Positions 27,651-42,298 of a stretch of 64,000 nt of DNA are shown in pieces (position 1 is the first letter of the stretch; the number at the start of each line of letters is the position of its first letter). Source of the stretch: the human T2T-CHM13v2.0 reference genome, Homo sapiens; assembly GCF_009914755.1 (NCBI RefSeq), contig NC_060948.1, one strand, 5' to 3'. The position numbers and the translations under genes were made by a program. The notes beneath the pieces were generated by a model that ran no database searches, was not told the DNA's origin, and saw only the letters and a list, made by a program, of their open reading frames with translations.

Positions 27651-28195
27651 AGTTTCAACCCTTCTTGGTCTTCCGTCGTCTGGAAATCTCTGTTTTCTTT
27701 CAGAAACTTGAGTAATTTTCTTAGTAAGGTATAAATTTAGTATTGTTTAGGTCCCAAGCTCTTCTGCTATGACTGACATACAAAATAATAATGGAGAAAT
27801 ATTTAAAATAGAATCTTATTATCCCCGTATGAGATGCCAGTTGACAACAGAGAAGGGTTCCCTGGGTTGGACTCATGTAGTTGAATATAAAATTATCTAT
27901 TTGTTTGATCTAGGGAATTTCTCCTTTCCATATGGTTCTAAATATTCACCACACCACATTCTCATTCCAAGGAGGAGGAGAAAGTGAGTTCACCTCCCAC
28001 TGGGTAAAACTAAGCAGACCTCATTCTGTCCAGCATAGTAAAAGACAACATTTTGGATCTTCTTCTATGAGAGTGAGAGAATAAATATTTGAGTGCAACA
28101 GAAAATTTCTTCCACTTTTTGTATAATTGCACAATGATTTTGAATCTAACAAGTAAAGATATGTTTAACTGCTTCCATGAATAATAGCTTAATTG

Positions 28196-28827
28196 TATTT
28201 TTTCAACTTTTATTGTAAGTTCTGGGGCACATGTCCAAGATGTGCAGGTTTGTTATACAGGTAAACATGTGCCATGGTGACTCGCTGCACAGAACAACCC
28301 TTTACCGAGGTATTAAGCCCAGAATCAATTAGCTTTTCTTCCTGATGCTGACCTTCCTCCTACCCCTCACTCTGGGATAGGCCCCAGTGTGTTTTGCTCC
28401 CTCCCATGTGTCCATGTTTTCTGATGATTTAGCTCCCACTTATAAGTGAGAATATGTGGTGTCTGGTTTTTAATGCCTGCATTAGTTCGCTGAGGATAAT
28501 GGACTTCAGCTCCATCAATGTCCCTGCAAAGGACATAATCTAATTCCTTTTGATGGCTGCTTAGTATTCCACAGTGTATATATGTCACATTTTCTTTATC
28601 CAGGCTATCATTGATGAGCATTTGGATTGATTCCATGTATTTGCTATTGTAAACAGTGCTTCAGTGAACATATGTGTATATGTATCTTTATAATAAGATG
28701 ATTTCTATTCCTTTCATATGTACTCAGTAATGGGGTGTCCAAAAATGAACACTTTTACATTGGTGGTGGAGATGTCTTGAACTAATTTACTCCACTACCA
28801 ACAGTGTAAAAGTGTTCATTTTTCTCT
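28196..28827 (-). mobile_element. L1PA (older) 3' end
   Basis: L1 3' UTR; TSD gcttaattg (28187-28195, 28828-28836). Confidence 0.92.
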
Positions 28828-28939
28828 GCTTAATTGGTTTTAATAGTGTTGGCTGTTAATTTTTGTTCCTCAACTAATTTAAAAGATGATTCCAGAGATT
28901 CTTAGCTTCCAGTATTGCCCTTCCTAACACTGATTTCTC

Positions 28940-28990
28940 TGTGTGGGTGTCTTTGTGTGTGTGTGTGTATGTGTGTGTGTGTGTGTGTGT
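28940..28990. repeat. Imperfect (TG)n
   Basis: direct. Confidence 0.9.
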
Positions 28991-31683
28991 AACACCTATC
29001 CTGTAATTAACTTCTTTAAAGGTTTCTCTGTTAGAATTTGTTAGTGTAAGTGTATGGAAGTGGGGGTGGTGGGAGAGAGAGAGACAGGTGTCTGCACTCA
29101 ATCTCTTTTTATTTTTTTGAAAAGTCAATGACTTTTTAGGGTCAGGAATCTGTTCCTCTTATACATCTTTGGCTATGTTCCTTTCCAACAGTTTATTCTC
29201 CTTTTTCAGGAATATTTATAATTTATAAGTCATTGCGAGTTTGGTTTTCCCTGCCTTTGTTGTTTTCAATTTGTTTTCTTGTTCATAGCATATATATTTT
29301 TTCCTTATGGTAATCCCTGCTTTTAATCTTCTAGAAAAATTTAGTTTACTGTGATGCCTATTTTCTTGTATTTGCATACCACTGTAGATACTTTTTTATT
29401 TAGGACATTGTATTTAAAAATTGCATTCCCCAAACACAACTTTGAAAAAATATTAATTATATCTTTAAGATTTGTGTACATTTTATTAATTCTGAATCAG
29501 TGGGAAGCTGACACTCTGAAGCTGATTTCCTTCTTTAAGCTAGAGCTCACTATTAAATAACTTTATTTCCCTTTACTTCATATGGCCAGTAGGTGCAGAC
29601 CTTATTCACTACATTCTTTATTAAAACTCTTGCTATTTTTTAGGATCTGCGCATTTTGCCCCAGAATCTATAAGCAACCTCAGTCATGAATTAGGTAAAA
29701 GACAGAGATCTTGGCTATATCTTTATTTCCTGAAAATGACTACTTTATTTTTAAAATCTATTTAACATGAATTCATCATGGATTGAACTATGAATACAAG
29801 GTGAAGGAAACATATTGAACTGTCAAGTTCAGTGTGAGTTTTCTAGTATTGTGGATACAGTTGAATATATACTTAAACAGGATAATGCATTTAATGGTTT
29901 CATATCTATTGAAGTATCTAATGTTTGTAACTTTGCTTCCTAAATCCATACACAGAACTTTGTAAATCAATCTTGAAACATGTGATTTTGAAATACAAAT
30001 AACTTTTTTCTAAAAATATATTTAAAAACTTATATCTACTATAATAAATTGTCATCACTCGTAAGTCTAATAGAAAAGCCACAATTTCCATCGAGAAATA
30101 TTAATCCCCATTGAGATTTCACTATTTGCAGAGGGAATCAACAGCTTTTATTGTGATTTCTATTTAAACTGAAGGACCCACACATTTAATATAAGATTGT
30201 CCTTTTTGGTGTTTGCAAAGAGGAGCTGATAAGGGCTCCCTTGCATGTGAAATACAGATGAATGCCTTTAATCCTCTATGCTCAGAAAATCAAATGCATT
30301 ACTACCAAGAATAGGCCAGAGACTCTGCATAGTTGCTACTTGAGAGATTAAATGAACAAATGCCAAAATAACTACTTTCAATAACATAGAGGTTGAAAAT
30401 ATTTACACATAGATGGAAGAAATAATGCACGATTCCAGAGTAAAGGATCAGAACTGATCATTGACATAAATACTTTGTCTTTTTCATATAAGTATTATAA
30501 AACTACTTAAACAGAGAAATCTCCACTGGAGAGACTTGAATGATAAAATGTTTTACTGTAGAGGGCCAAATGCTCTTGCAATATTTAACATTCCAAAAAG
30601 TTTGATGACTTGATCATTTCTAAGAATGCTCTAACAGTCACAGCTTCTGCCCTGAGTTTCAACAGAATATACCAGTGTTTGTAATAAGCTACTAAGTATC
30701 TCTGATGGAAGGATATTTACTCTTTCTCTTTTTGTATTGGATCAATAACCAGTGGATATTGTTTACAAAATATGGCCAGGCAAATTATTTGATAACTATT
30801 GGTAAGCTTATAATTCAGTCTTCAATGGGAAAGTAAAAATTATAGTTAATATTGCCCTAGTCTGAAATGTAAATATGCCATGTTTTCATTTGTAATTCAC
30901 ATCCAAAGAGAGTAATACAAACAGAATAAAACAACAATGACAAATCAACAAAACAGGACTGAGTGGGAATTTGGAAATGAGTACAGAATTCATGCTGTCC
31001 AAAAATTTAGGACTAAACACTGGTAGAGGTGGATCATCATTAACACAGAACAGTACCCCAGAATAAAATTGTAAAAGATGTACCCAAAAGAAGCCTTAAA
31101 ACTTTCTAGAAATGAAGAATAACATAGGTGCTAGAATCTTTCTAACCTTAAGTGTTTCCAGTACTTTATTAGAAATTATAGCACTTAGTCCAAAAATTAT
31201 TGTAGAAATCATCTTAGATTTCTAAATGTTTGTTAAAGAGCTGGGCATAAAATATGAACTCAATAAATGGAGATTTCAAATGAAATGTACATAGTTCATT
31301 CCTATTCAGCAATGGTTTGAATTAACCCACATATCAGAATTGCCTCATATTCTAAGAGGAAGAGAATTTGAGTAATAAAGTATGTGTCCCTTATTTCTTA
31401 ATATGACTATGATTTTACTGTATGTGTCTTGAGAAATTCATAAAACAATGAGATTATTTATGCTGAAAAGGGCAGATGCCCAGCAGATGCTCCAGCAGAA
31501 CTTTGACTCTCACCATTGTTAGAAGAGTAGTGAGCAAGGTGCCATTTTTCCGAATGATTTTTCTTTTGGGAACCACCAATATTAACTGAGAACACTTCTT
31601 GGAAATCATGTTCTGATACCCTATTTAGTGATGAATTTCTTATAGGTATTATACGTGTCGCATATGTGTGTGTGTGTGTGTTT

Positions 31684-32255
31684 TGAACTCAAAATATCTG
31701 AAACAGTTTTCAGTCATTTTAGAAAGTTTACTTTGCCAAGGTTATGGATATGTCTGTGACACAGTCTCAGGAGGTCTCAATGACATGAGCCCAAGATGGT
31801 CAGGACACAGCTTGGCTTTGTGCATTTTAGGAAGACATAAGACATCAATCAATACATGCAATATATACATTGGTTTAATCTGGAAGGTGGGATAACTAGA
31901 AGCAAGAATCTCCAGGTCATATACAGATTTAGAAATTTTCTGATTGGCAATTGGTTGAAAGAGCTATTATCAGTAGAAAGGAGTATCTGCGTTAGGATAA
32001 GGGGTTGTGGAGATTGAAGTTTTATCATTCATGAAGCCTCCAGGGGGCCAGCTTCAGAGAAAATAGATTATAAATGTTTCTTATCATACTTAAGTCTGTG
32101 TGGATGATAATGCTGGAGGGGTATCATGAGGCATGTCCAATCCCCTCTTCCATCATGGCCTGAACTAGTTTTTCATGTTAACTCTGGAATGCCCTTAGCC
32201 AAGAGGAGGAATCCATTCAGATGGTTGAAGAGGCCTTTAAATTTTAATTTTGCTC
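31684..32255 (-). mobile_element. MER4-group solo LTR (MER4B/D/E-like)
   Basis: tttagaaagtttactttgccaaggtta...gttaactctggaatgcccttagccaagagg. Confidence 0.85.
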
Positions 32256-32257
32256 TA

Positions 32258-32905
32258 TCATATATATACATATACATACATATAAAAATATACATTTATA
32301 GATTATATATTTTAGTATATATACATACACATATAATTTTAATATTTATATATTTATAGAAGTTATATTTTATATAAAACATATCTATAGTCAATGTATA
32401 AATATATATTAAATGTAATATTTACACATAAAATATATACAAATATAAATGTCATATATTTATATATAGTAAAATATGTAAGAATATATATTTATATTGT
32501 ACTATATAAAGTAAAATATATATCTTTTATATGTTTATGTGATATAAGACATATATAGTAAATATATGTATTTTAAAATATATGATAAAATATATAGATA
32601 TATATTTAAAGCTGTTATATGTAAATATATTTTTACACAAAAATATAAATATACTTTATGTATATTTATATTGTTACATATGTTTATATATGTTATAAAT
32701 TATTTATATGTTTAATATATAATAACTATATATTGTTATGTTATATATAAAATATAACATAAATATAACATCTATCTATATATTTATGTTTTATTTATAT
32801 ATTTGAAATTACATATAACATATATAACTTCATATATAAAATATCAGTATAGACCATATATCAGTATATACAATACATAAATACATAGTCTCTATAATAT
32901 ATACA
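32258..32905. repeat. AT-rich (TA)n low-complexity tract, about 650 bp
   Basis: direct. Confidence 0.95.
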
Positions 32906-33901
32906 TAGAAATGATGTTTTCAGTCTTAAAACTTATTTGATGGTTCCAAGGAAAATTGTAACTTCATATTTTCCACCTAAAAATTTTATATTGACATTTT
33001 AACTAAGACGAACTTCATTCATAGTAAACAGTGAAAAGGAGGGAAAAAAAGGGATTTGGTTCATAAAATTTATTATTAATCTATTCTAACATTTTTGGAG
33101 TTTCTAAACTATTTGGGAATTGCTCAAGTGCTATCATGTTTCTTTTCAGTATGTCAGTGATTATTAAGTCACTTCATTCTTTCCAGCTATAGGATATTGT
33201 GGGGGGATTGTCTTCAGTGGTATAAGGACTGTTATGTACAAAAAACTGACATGACTCTTGGTTGGATAGCATTTAATATAAATGTCGTGGCTGACATGTT
33301 GGTTTTGATAGTCATCAAAACTGGTGCACCTGATGCACCAGTTTATTCTCTGATCTTCTATTGCTTTGATAATCTTAATAAACAACAACAGAGCCACGTA
33401 AGTGCCTTAACTTTGCCTGGATATCATGTTTCATAGGAACGTCCTGGAAAATGTCCCCATGAGAATGATTTCCATTCTTTGTATTTTATGTGTATGGTGA
33501 TTATACCCCTGGGAACATTTCACGTGTCTACTTCCAATGGGAATGATGTGGGAGTACATTCCATTCCCACAGTTGTGTTTGCATGCTATCTTTTTTCTTC
33601 AAATTTTTCATTTATTCATGGATTTATCTTCAAGATTTAAGTCCAACTGCTTAAGTAAAGTGGACAACTTAAAAGCCTGGTGCAAATTTGTGAATAATCA
33701 TCATACTTCAGAGACTGACAATTTTTGTAAAGTAGGAGGCACTTTTAACTATACCTAGCTTTTAATCAGAATTCAACAGATACGTAATAGCTTTATAACT
33801 GATATTTTTATTTTTATATTGGAGGCATCAGATAAGTAGATAGGAAACGGTTTAACTCATCATAAAATCAACCCAGGCAGTCAATAAACATTTGAAAGTG
33901 A

Positions 33902-34410
<509 letters not shown>

Positions 34411-34525
34411 TTCTCTTCTACTTTTCCATTTCCAGGATTACAATGAAGTCTTCACTTAAAATTTTAAACAGTTTCCTGGAAACTGAGACTTTAAGCTAAA
34501 GGATGTATAAAGAAAACAATTCTGG

Positions 34526-34810
34526 CCGGCCATGGTGGCTCAAGCTGTAATCCCAGAACTTTGGAAGACCAAGCCCAGGAGTTTGAGAGACCAACCTGAG
34601 CAACAAAGTGAGACCTCATCTCTACAAAAAACATTTAAAAACTACATGGTATGGTGGTGCTTGCCTCTAATCCCAGCCAATTGGAATGCTGAGGTGGGAA
34701 GATAGCTTGAGCTCAGGAGGTAGAGGCTGCAGTCAGTGACCTGTGATTATACCATTGAACCACAGTCTGGGCAACAGAACAAGACCCTCTCCCCCTGACC
34801 CAAAAAAAAC
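34526..34810 (+). mobile_element. AluJ, small left-arm deletion
   Basis: Diverged Alu. Confidence 0.9.
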
Positions 34811-34906
34811 AGAAATCAATTTTTATCTTAGGGACAAGAGTTAAGTTCCTAAGGTGTATCTCTGCTCCCAGAAACATCACCGAAATTCTAAATAATATAC
34901 TATACA

Positions 34907-35205
34907 TTTTTTTTTTCTTTTAAGACAGAGTCTTTTTTGCTCTGTTGCCCAGGCTGGAGTGCAGTGGTGCAGTGATCTTAGCTCACTGCAACCTTTGCCT
35001 CCATGGTTCAAGCGGTTCTACTGCCTCAGCCTCCAAAGTAGCTAGAATTGCAGGCACCCACCACCATGCCTGGCTAATTTTTATATTTTAGTAGAGACAG
35101 AATTTCACCATATTGGCCAGGCTGGTCTTGAGCTCCTGGCCTCAGGTGATCTGCCCTTCCTCTTGGCCTCTCAAAGTGTGGGAATTACAGGCACCACACT
35201 TGGCT
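34907..35205 (-). mobile_element. AluS/Jb-like
   Basis: Full Alu; ctataca on both flanks. Confidence 0.9.
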
Positions 35206-35206
35206 A

Positions 35207-35881
35207 AGACCCTATACACTTCTAATAGTCAACATTGAAATACATGTGAGATCTACACATATTTAAGAAAGGTTAATAAAGCAAGATAATTCCTTACCCA
35301 ATGTTTGGTGAATCAGTGAGTGATGGTGGTCATAGTGGTGGTGGGTTAAATCCAGGAATAAATTTTTACCAAGTGAAAATTCTCAGGTGCTTCTTCCACC
35401 ACCATGCAGTTCAAAAGGAAATTATCACACATATGACAGCTCACCAACCACTTTGAACCACAGAGATTATTGCTGTAGACTTTACAAATTTTTATTTCAC
35501 AATAGTTTTTATCCATTTATTTATTTATTTTCCAAACTACTTATTCCAGTTCAGGTCTCAGATGGCTGGAAAATCTCCCAGCTGCTCAGTGCACTAAGAA
35601 GAAACCAGACATGGACAGAATGCCATTGCATCACACGGCACACTTACACATGCACACAAAACCACACTGGAATCATGTAGACATACTATTGAACCTAATG
35701 TGCACATATTTGGGATAAAAGAGGAAACCAGGACTCATGGAGGAAATTCACAAAGACATGGAGTGAATAGGCAAACCCCATAAAGATAGTATCCCTAACT
35801 GGAATTAACTTTTTTTAAACCCCTCTCATCGATGTTATAATGAAATGACATTGAAATTAAAGGTTATTTGAGGATCTGCTC
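35207..35881 (-). mobile_element. MER6 (TcMar-Tigger) DNA transposon
   Basis: aacctaatgtgcacatatttggga...ggaaacc...ctcatcgatgttataatgaaa...ttatttgaggatctgct. Confidence 0.8.
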
Positions 35882-35922
35882 TATAACCGACCAACATACT
35901 ATGACTGTTGTTTAAAGTTGTC

Positions 35923-36280
35923 TGATGTGGTTTGGCTCTGTCCCCACCCAAATCTCATCTTGAACTGTAGCTTCCATAATTCCCAGGTGTTTTGGGAGGA
36001 ACCCAGTGAGAGACAATTCAATCATGGGTTCAGACTCTCTCATGCTGTTTTCTTGGTAATGAATTAATCTCGAAAGAGCTGATGGTTTTATAAGGGATTT
36101 CCCCTTTCGCTTGGCTCTCATTCTTTCTTGTTGCTGCCATGTGACATGTCTCTTGACCCTCTGCAGTTATTGTGAGGCCTCCCCAGACATGTGGAACTGT
36201 GAGTTCATTAAGCCTCTTTCCTTTGTAAATTACCCAATCATGGTTATGTGTTTTTAGCTGTGTGAGAACAAGCAAATACC
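35923..36280 (+). mobile_element. THE1 LTR
   Basis: tgatgtggtttggctctgtccccacccaaatctcatcttgaa; TSD ttgtc/atgtc. Confidence 0.92.
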
Positions 36281-39120
36281 ATGTCTATGCAGGCAAATTG
36301 CCCAGACATTTTTGGAAATAAGAACTCAGAACAAAAGTCTAAAACTCCCATCAATAGCACAATGTTTCCATAATCTACAGCATGGGATGTGATATGGAAT
36401 ACTCACTTGTATTTTCAAGCTCTTCAATACTACACTAAAAACTATAACTAAAAACTGCTAGAAAGCAATCATTGTATCCCAGGACAATAAATTTTATTCT
36501 CTTGCTCAGAATAAATGTTGGCCACAGGTCATCTTCTGTCCTGTGTCTTGCCTTCCACAAGCTAACTCCCAGGCTGAGTGATGAATGCACATCTTTGACA
36601 TGGCCATGCTTCTAGGAGAGTAAAGGGTGAAAAGTAGGTGGAACTAGGGTAGTGGTTCCTAGAACATCTGCTTGGAAACTGAGTACAGTTTCCACTCATA
36701 TTTCAGTGACCACAACAAGTTGTAAGTAAGGTTGTGTCTGGCTTAATGGGACAGAAGTATCATTAGTGCATGGGAAGAGCCAGTTCCTTTAGGGACATTC
36801 CTGGTGATGATGGGTCAAGTTAGGTTTACAGTAATACCCTCTGCTGTACATTGCACAGGATGATAGGAGAACCAGTTAGAGGAAGAGGGAAAGGAGACAA
36901 AGAATAAGAGCTAAGGTTTCTCGAGTGTTCCTCATGGACTAGTAATCATTTTTCTTTCTTTCTACACATTCCTCTTGCTTACTGACTCTTGAAGTCCACT
37001 CACAGTAGGTGCCAAAGAGTTTAAACCCACCCAGTTTTAAATCAGAGCAACTCTACTTTGCACTAGGAGACATGTGTAAATCAATGGAAATGGCAAATTG
37101 TAAACATGTAGATGTGTAAAACAATTTGCCAAAAATGACAATCTTTTTTTAATCCTCAGTATAATTCTTTGCCCATGTCTGTTGATGTGTATTTCCAAGA
37201 AAGCTGATAAAACATCTCTAGATATTTTCAGTTAAAGAACGTAGAACAAAGGTACCATTTTTACATCTAATGAAGTGATATAAAGTATAAAGATTTAAAA
37301 TATACTGACATCAAAAAGGATGATATGTAATTCCATAACATCAGTTCATTAATATAATCTTTATAATCAAATAAAGAAACTGAGAATTCTGCTAACCTGC
37401 ACAGAAGCCTCCCCACAAATTCTCAAAGACACCACAAAATAGAAAGATGATAAAGAAAATAAACAAAAACATAGACTCGGATTAGCATAACCAGGGTAGA
37501 GAAAATTCAAGTTAAACTTTTAATCTGAAAGCAAAATTAAGAAATAGGACAGGTAGAGAAGAAAGTATCTCAGATATGGTAAGATTTTAGTTAGTTTCCT
37601 ATTATAGTCCCTTGTACAAAATTTAATTCCTTAAGAGATAATTTTGGCATAGGCTTACTATGTAAAAGTTTTTACCTGGAAAATAATTATTATTGATGAT
37701 TATGTATCTATACATATATTTTTTTCTTTATCTTACCTGTTTGTGTTTTTATGTACTTCAACATCTATCTACATTTTCTAAGATGAGAATTAAATGTTCC
37801 TTTGAAAAATGCTGGTTATCTCAATTTAACCAACATGTATGCATATTTATATCTGCTTTGAATTTTATGTTTTTTTAAACTAGGTCACATTAATAATCTA
37901 TTGTGTGTTGGTGTGTGTTTGTGCCTGAGTGCACATACATGTGCATGGGAATCAATGAGATGATGCATGTGAAAACATCTCATATTCCATAAACCCATAA
38001 ACCACCAAGTGTATGCATATATAAAGAATATGTGGCTGACATGTATAAAGTAATTCTCCCCTTTGAGTCACAAATAAGACCTGTGTCTATTAACCTTAGT
38101 CTCATTTTCTTTCTGTGTAACCATAAGAATGTCATTTTTAGCAAACCGTCTTGGGTTTACATGTGTTTAGCAATAATTACCCTTGGACATGATGTCCGGC
38201 ATGAATAATGAACATGTCTATGACATACAGGCACTCTCCTGGTGATGAAAAGCATTTGTTTTTCTTGAAAATACCTACCTCCCCCCACTTTCAATCACTT
38301 AGTAAATTATTGCTATCACTTCATGACTATTACATAAAAGATCAACACGGTGTGTATCAAATTCAATAATTATTTGATAAAGTGAGATATTAGCATATAA
38401 GATGCACTAATTTTCATAATTCAATTAAGCCTTACAATTTTCTGAAGATCCATTGTTAATTGTTTTAAATTGATTAATCAATGTGAACCTCTGAATCTCT
38501 AATTTTCAATTACAAGAAATATGCATTTGCCACAGTAACAGAGCCAATTTCAAAATATAGCATCTAATCCTATAATGGTTACATGCAATATCAAGTTTAA
38601 AATAAGTCAGCACCTAGAAGGAAAAGTATTTAAAAAACTACTTCATTAGCATTTTACTATGTAAGCCTAAAATGTTCCATAATTCTGGCAGAGTACCTAA
38701 TTCATATTTAATCCCATTTAAAACATTCAGTTGAATAAATTATATTTTAAGGGAGCTATTCATATTAAGTCTTAAAAGGATAAACAGCATTGGAAAATTC
38801 AGGCAAAGAACAACTACCCTATTTGGCGACAAGTCAATAATGTGTTCATGTATGCAACCAATATAGACTCAGTTGCTAGAAATAATGGAAACCATAAGAC
38901 TTCACTCCAGTAGCTTAATATGCTTGCAGGATTTATTATACTCTATTAACCAAAAACAAATTACACTATTGTATGTGAAGGTTCCATTATTTTAGAATTG
39001 AGAAGGCTCTCATTTAGATACATGAAAAGAATATTGATAGATGGAGGAAGGACATTGGTTCTCAGAATAAACCAAGAAAGAATTATGCAATTGTAGGCAA
39101 CAGCATAATTCTGACAGTGA

Positions 39121-39420
39121 GGCTGGGTGCCGGGGTGATGCCTGTAATCTCAGCACTTTGAGAGGCTGAGTCAAGATGATTGTTTGAGTCCAGGAGTTTG
39201 AGACCAGCCTCGGAAAATCAGTGGGACTCTGTTTCTGCAAACAATATATTTTTTTAAATTATGAAGTCATGGTGGCACCCACCTGTGGTCTCAGCTACTG
39301 TGAGGCTGCGGCGGGTACATTGCTTGAGCCCAGAAGGTCAAGGCTGAAGTAAGCTATGATCATGCCAATGGGCTCCAGCCTGGAAGATAGAGTAGAGATC
39401 CTGCCTCATACCCCAAAAAA
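39121..39420 (+). mobile_element. AluJ
   Basis: Diverged full Alu; TSD taattctgaca.tg. Confidence 0.9.
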
Positions 39421-40552
39421 CAGTAATTCTGACAATGTTTGTTAAGTTAATGTTAATATGTTAAATATAATTAATGTTAATAATAATGTATTGATAGTTA
39501 ACAATTAATATGTTAATAATTCTGACAGTTTATTCCATAGTAACATCATAGCACAGAAACACCATAGCATATGAAAAACAGGGGATATTAGTCCTTCATT
39601 GAATTGTCTCTCCTTTATAAGCCAGAGAGTTCTCCTCTTTGGTGTTTAGTTTACTTTGCTCTTGCTGGGATTGAAATGAATTTCAAAATCTATTTTTTTC
39701 TCTAAAATCTTATGCTGCTATAATCACTTCCACAAAAATTATGCATGGATATATGAGTACATGAATAACAATACTAAATAAAAACATTGTATGGCATCCA
39801 CAACGAAAACTCCCACTTAACATCTTCCCTAATTCTATTTGTTTCTAACTTGCTTTGCAATTTTGTATCATCTTAACTTGATAGAGCAGAAAGCATGACA
39901 TAATTCCATTTTAAAGCAGTTCATGATAGAATAAAAATCACCAAAATGATTGCAATTAGGGTATACAATGATTTTTAATAAAGTCTTAAATTCCAAACAC
40001 ATACAGAGATTATTTTATTCAACTATAACCCTGAATTATAAATGGAACAACATTAGGATGCTAAACAGGAAGTCAGGAATCTTAGAGCCTCACCATTCCT
40101 GATTTGCATGAGTATGGGGAAGTGGAAAAATTAAGAATGGGAATTTTAGAAAAGGAGTCAGAGAAATGTGCAGCAAAAAATGGTACTTAAAAAGCAGAAA
40201 CACAGGGCCATTGTGCTTAGGAATGATAAACATGTTAATTGAGTTATGTCATTGACATTAGGAATTAATCAATCTAAGTCAATGAAATCAGTCTAAAATA
40301 ATCTTACGTTGAGCATACAAATTTAATGTTCATTTTATACAAAGTTAGCACTTATGCCCTATATCATAGAGTCATTCTCATCTTCATTTTTCCTGCACCT
40401 CTTTCTTTTGCCAACCAGCAAATCCTGTTGGCTTTGCAATTAATTTACATGTCAAAAATGATTCCCACCACCTTGAACTCATGCACTGTGTCTCTCTCAA
40501 TTTCACATCTCCCACAGCAATTAGGTGAGCTGGTCTTTTTCTAATTATGTCC

Positions 40553-41000
40553 AGTATGGACTGAATTGTGCACCTCCCCCCCCCGAAAATTTATATATTG
40601 AAACTCTAACCCCCAATGTGACTGTATTTAAAAATGAGCCTTTAAAGAGGTAATTAAGGTTAAATGATGTCCTAAGCTTGGTGCTCCGATTCCACAGAAT
40701 GGTGACCTAATTAAAAAAAAAAAAGAAAAAAAGAGATCAAAGATACACCAGATTTCTCTCTCTCTCTTTCTCTGTTTCTCTCTTTCTCTCTCTCTCTCCT
40801 CTCTCATCCCTGTCTCTTCACATGCACAGAGATAAAATTATGTGAAGATATAGCGAAAAGGCAGTCATCTGCAAGGCAAAAACATGACCCTCACCAGAAA
40901 TGTACCCTGCTGGCACCTTGATCTTGGACTTCCAGCCTCCATATCTGTGAGCAAATAAATGTGGTGTATTTGCAACAAGCCTAGAGCAATGTAGCTAACA
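40553..41000 (+). mobile_element. MLT1A/B-like LTR with internal A-run and (CT)n
   Basis: tatggactgaattgtg...ctggcaccttgatcttggacttccagcctcca. Confidence 0.8.
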
Positions 41001-41481
41001 AAACATCTTTATCCGAGCCACTGTTTTCATAAAAGCCAGAATATTTTTGAAAAACATAAACTAAAACAGGTTGTTCATACATCTCTTGCTTTTATAATCA
41101 CATGTAGAATATAATCACGTGTAGACTATTCATATGAATGTTATTATCACATGTTGAATATCAGCTAAGTCTTGAATTTGGCCCCCAACATATTACAAAA
41201 GCTAACTTCCAATTGTTTATTCAACCTTAATTTATTTGAGTATTCTGTGCCCATGGCAAGCATACTGCTTTCACCAGAGTTCTTCAATTTTTGTCTCTGT
41301 TGCCTGGAATATTGAGTCTCTGAGGAGTTTCAGGAAAAGTTTGCTCACTTGATGACAGACATTCTGCAAAAACATATCTAGTGGACTTCTCTGAGATAGA
41401 GAGAAGTTCTTACTTTAGGTCACATGGTACTTCCTTTTATTGAATATCTTTCTAGTTTATTGTAATTTCTATCATATTACT

Positions 41482-42298
41482 TGCTATAGGCTGGATGTTT
41501 GTGCCTTCCCAACATTAGCATGTTGCAATTCTCACCTCCCAAGGTGACGGTGTTAGGAAGCAGAGCCTTTGAGAGGTAATGAGGTCATGAGGGTGAAGCC
41601 CTTATGAATGGGATTAGTGGCCTTACAAAAGAGGTCCCAGAAAGCTGCCTCACCCCTTCTACCATGTGAGGACATAGAGAGAAGGTACCATCTATGAACC
41701 AGACAGGCTTCTCTCACTTAGCAATATGCATGTCAGACTCATCCATTTCTTTGAACAGCTTCATATATGACCTTCTTCTGTTGCTGAATAATGTTCCGTT
41801 GCATGGATGTACCTCAGCTTGGTTATTCACTCACCTTTTGAAGGTGTGTCCTGATTCCTTAAAGTTTTTGGCCATTGGGATGAGAACGTAGAAACATAAT
41901 CACATGTTGGTTTTTGTTTACAAAGCAGTTGTCTATATACCTATGAGTGCAATTGTTGGCTTTTATGGAGACCATGGGTAGCTTTGGGAAAGACTGTCAA
42001 ATTGTTTCCTAAAGTTGCTATACCATTAGGCATTCAATCAGCAGTAAATGGGAGCTCTGGTTGCAATTTCTATTCCATTTAAAATAAACATTTTAGCCAT
42101 TTTAGGAGGTATGTAGTGTTATTATTAAGATACCTAGTGGATGTCTACAAACCAAGAAGCAGGTCCTTATCAAACACAGAATCTGCTACACCTTGATTAT
42201 GGACTTCTAGCCTACAGAACTGTGAGCAATAAATGACATTGTTTAAAATCCACACACTCTATAGTTTTGTGTTAAAACAGCCTGACATAGCTAAGACT
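41482..42298 (+). mobile_element. MLT1A0/MSTD-like LTR split by an L1M fragment
   Basis: 5' half to about 41702; 3' half from about 42142. Confidence 0.75.
41704..42125 (-). mobile_element. L1MC-like internal fragment
   Basis: ggcttctctcacttagcaatatgcat...ttttagccattttaggaggtatgtagtg. Confidence 0.7.

Noticed and set aside
32258-32905. AT-rich tract as an origin or matrix-attachment element
   Set aside because: Ordinary degenerate (TA)n; function cannot be supported from sequence.
36500-36790. Possible ancient MLT1 fragment; also MIR/L2-like traces near 31200, 37950, 40400 and 56250
   Set aside because: Too diverged to call or bound by eye.
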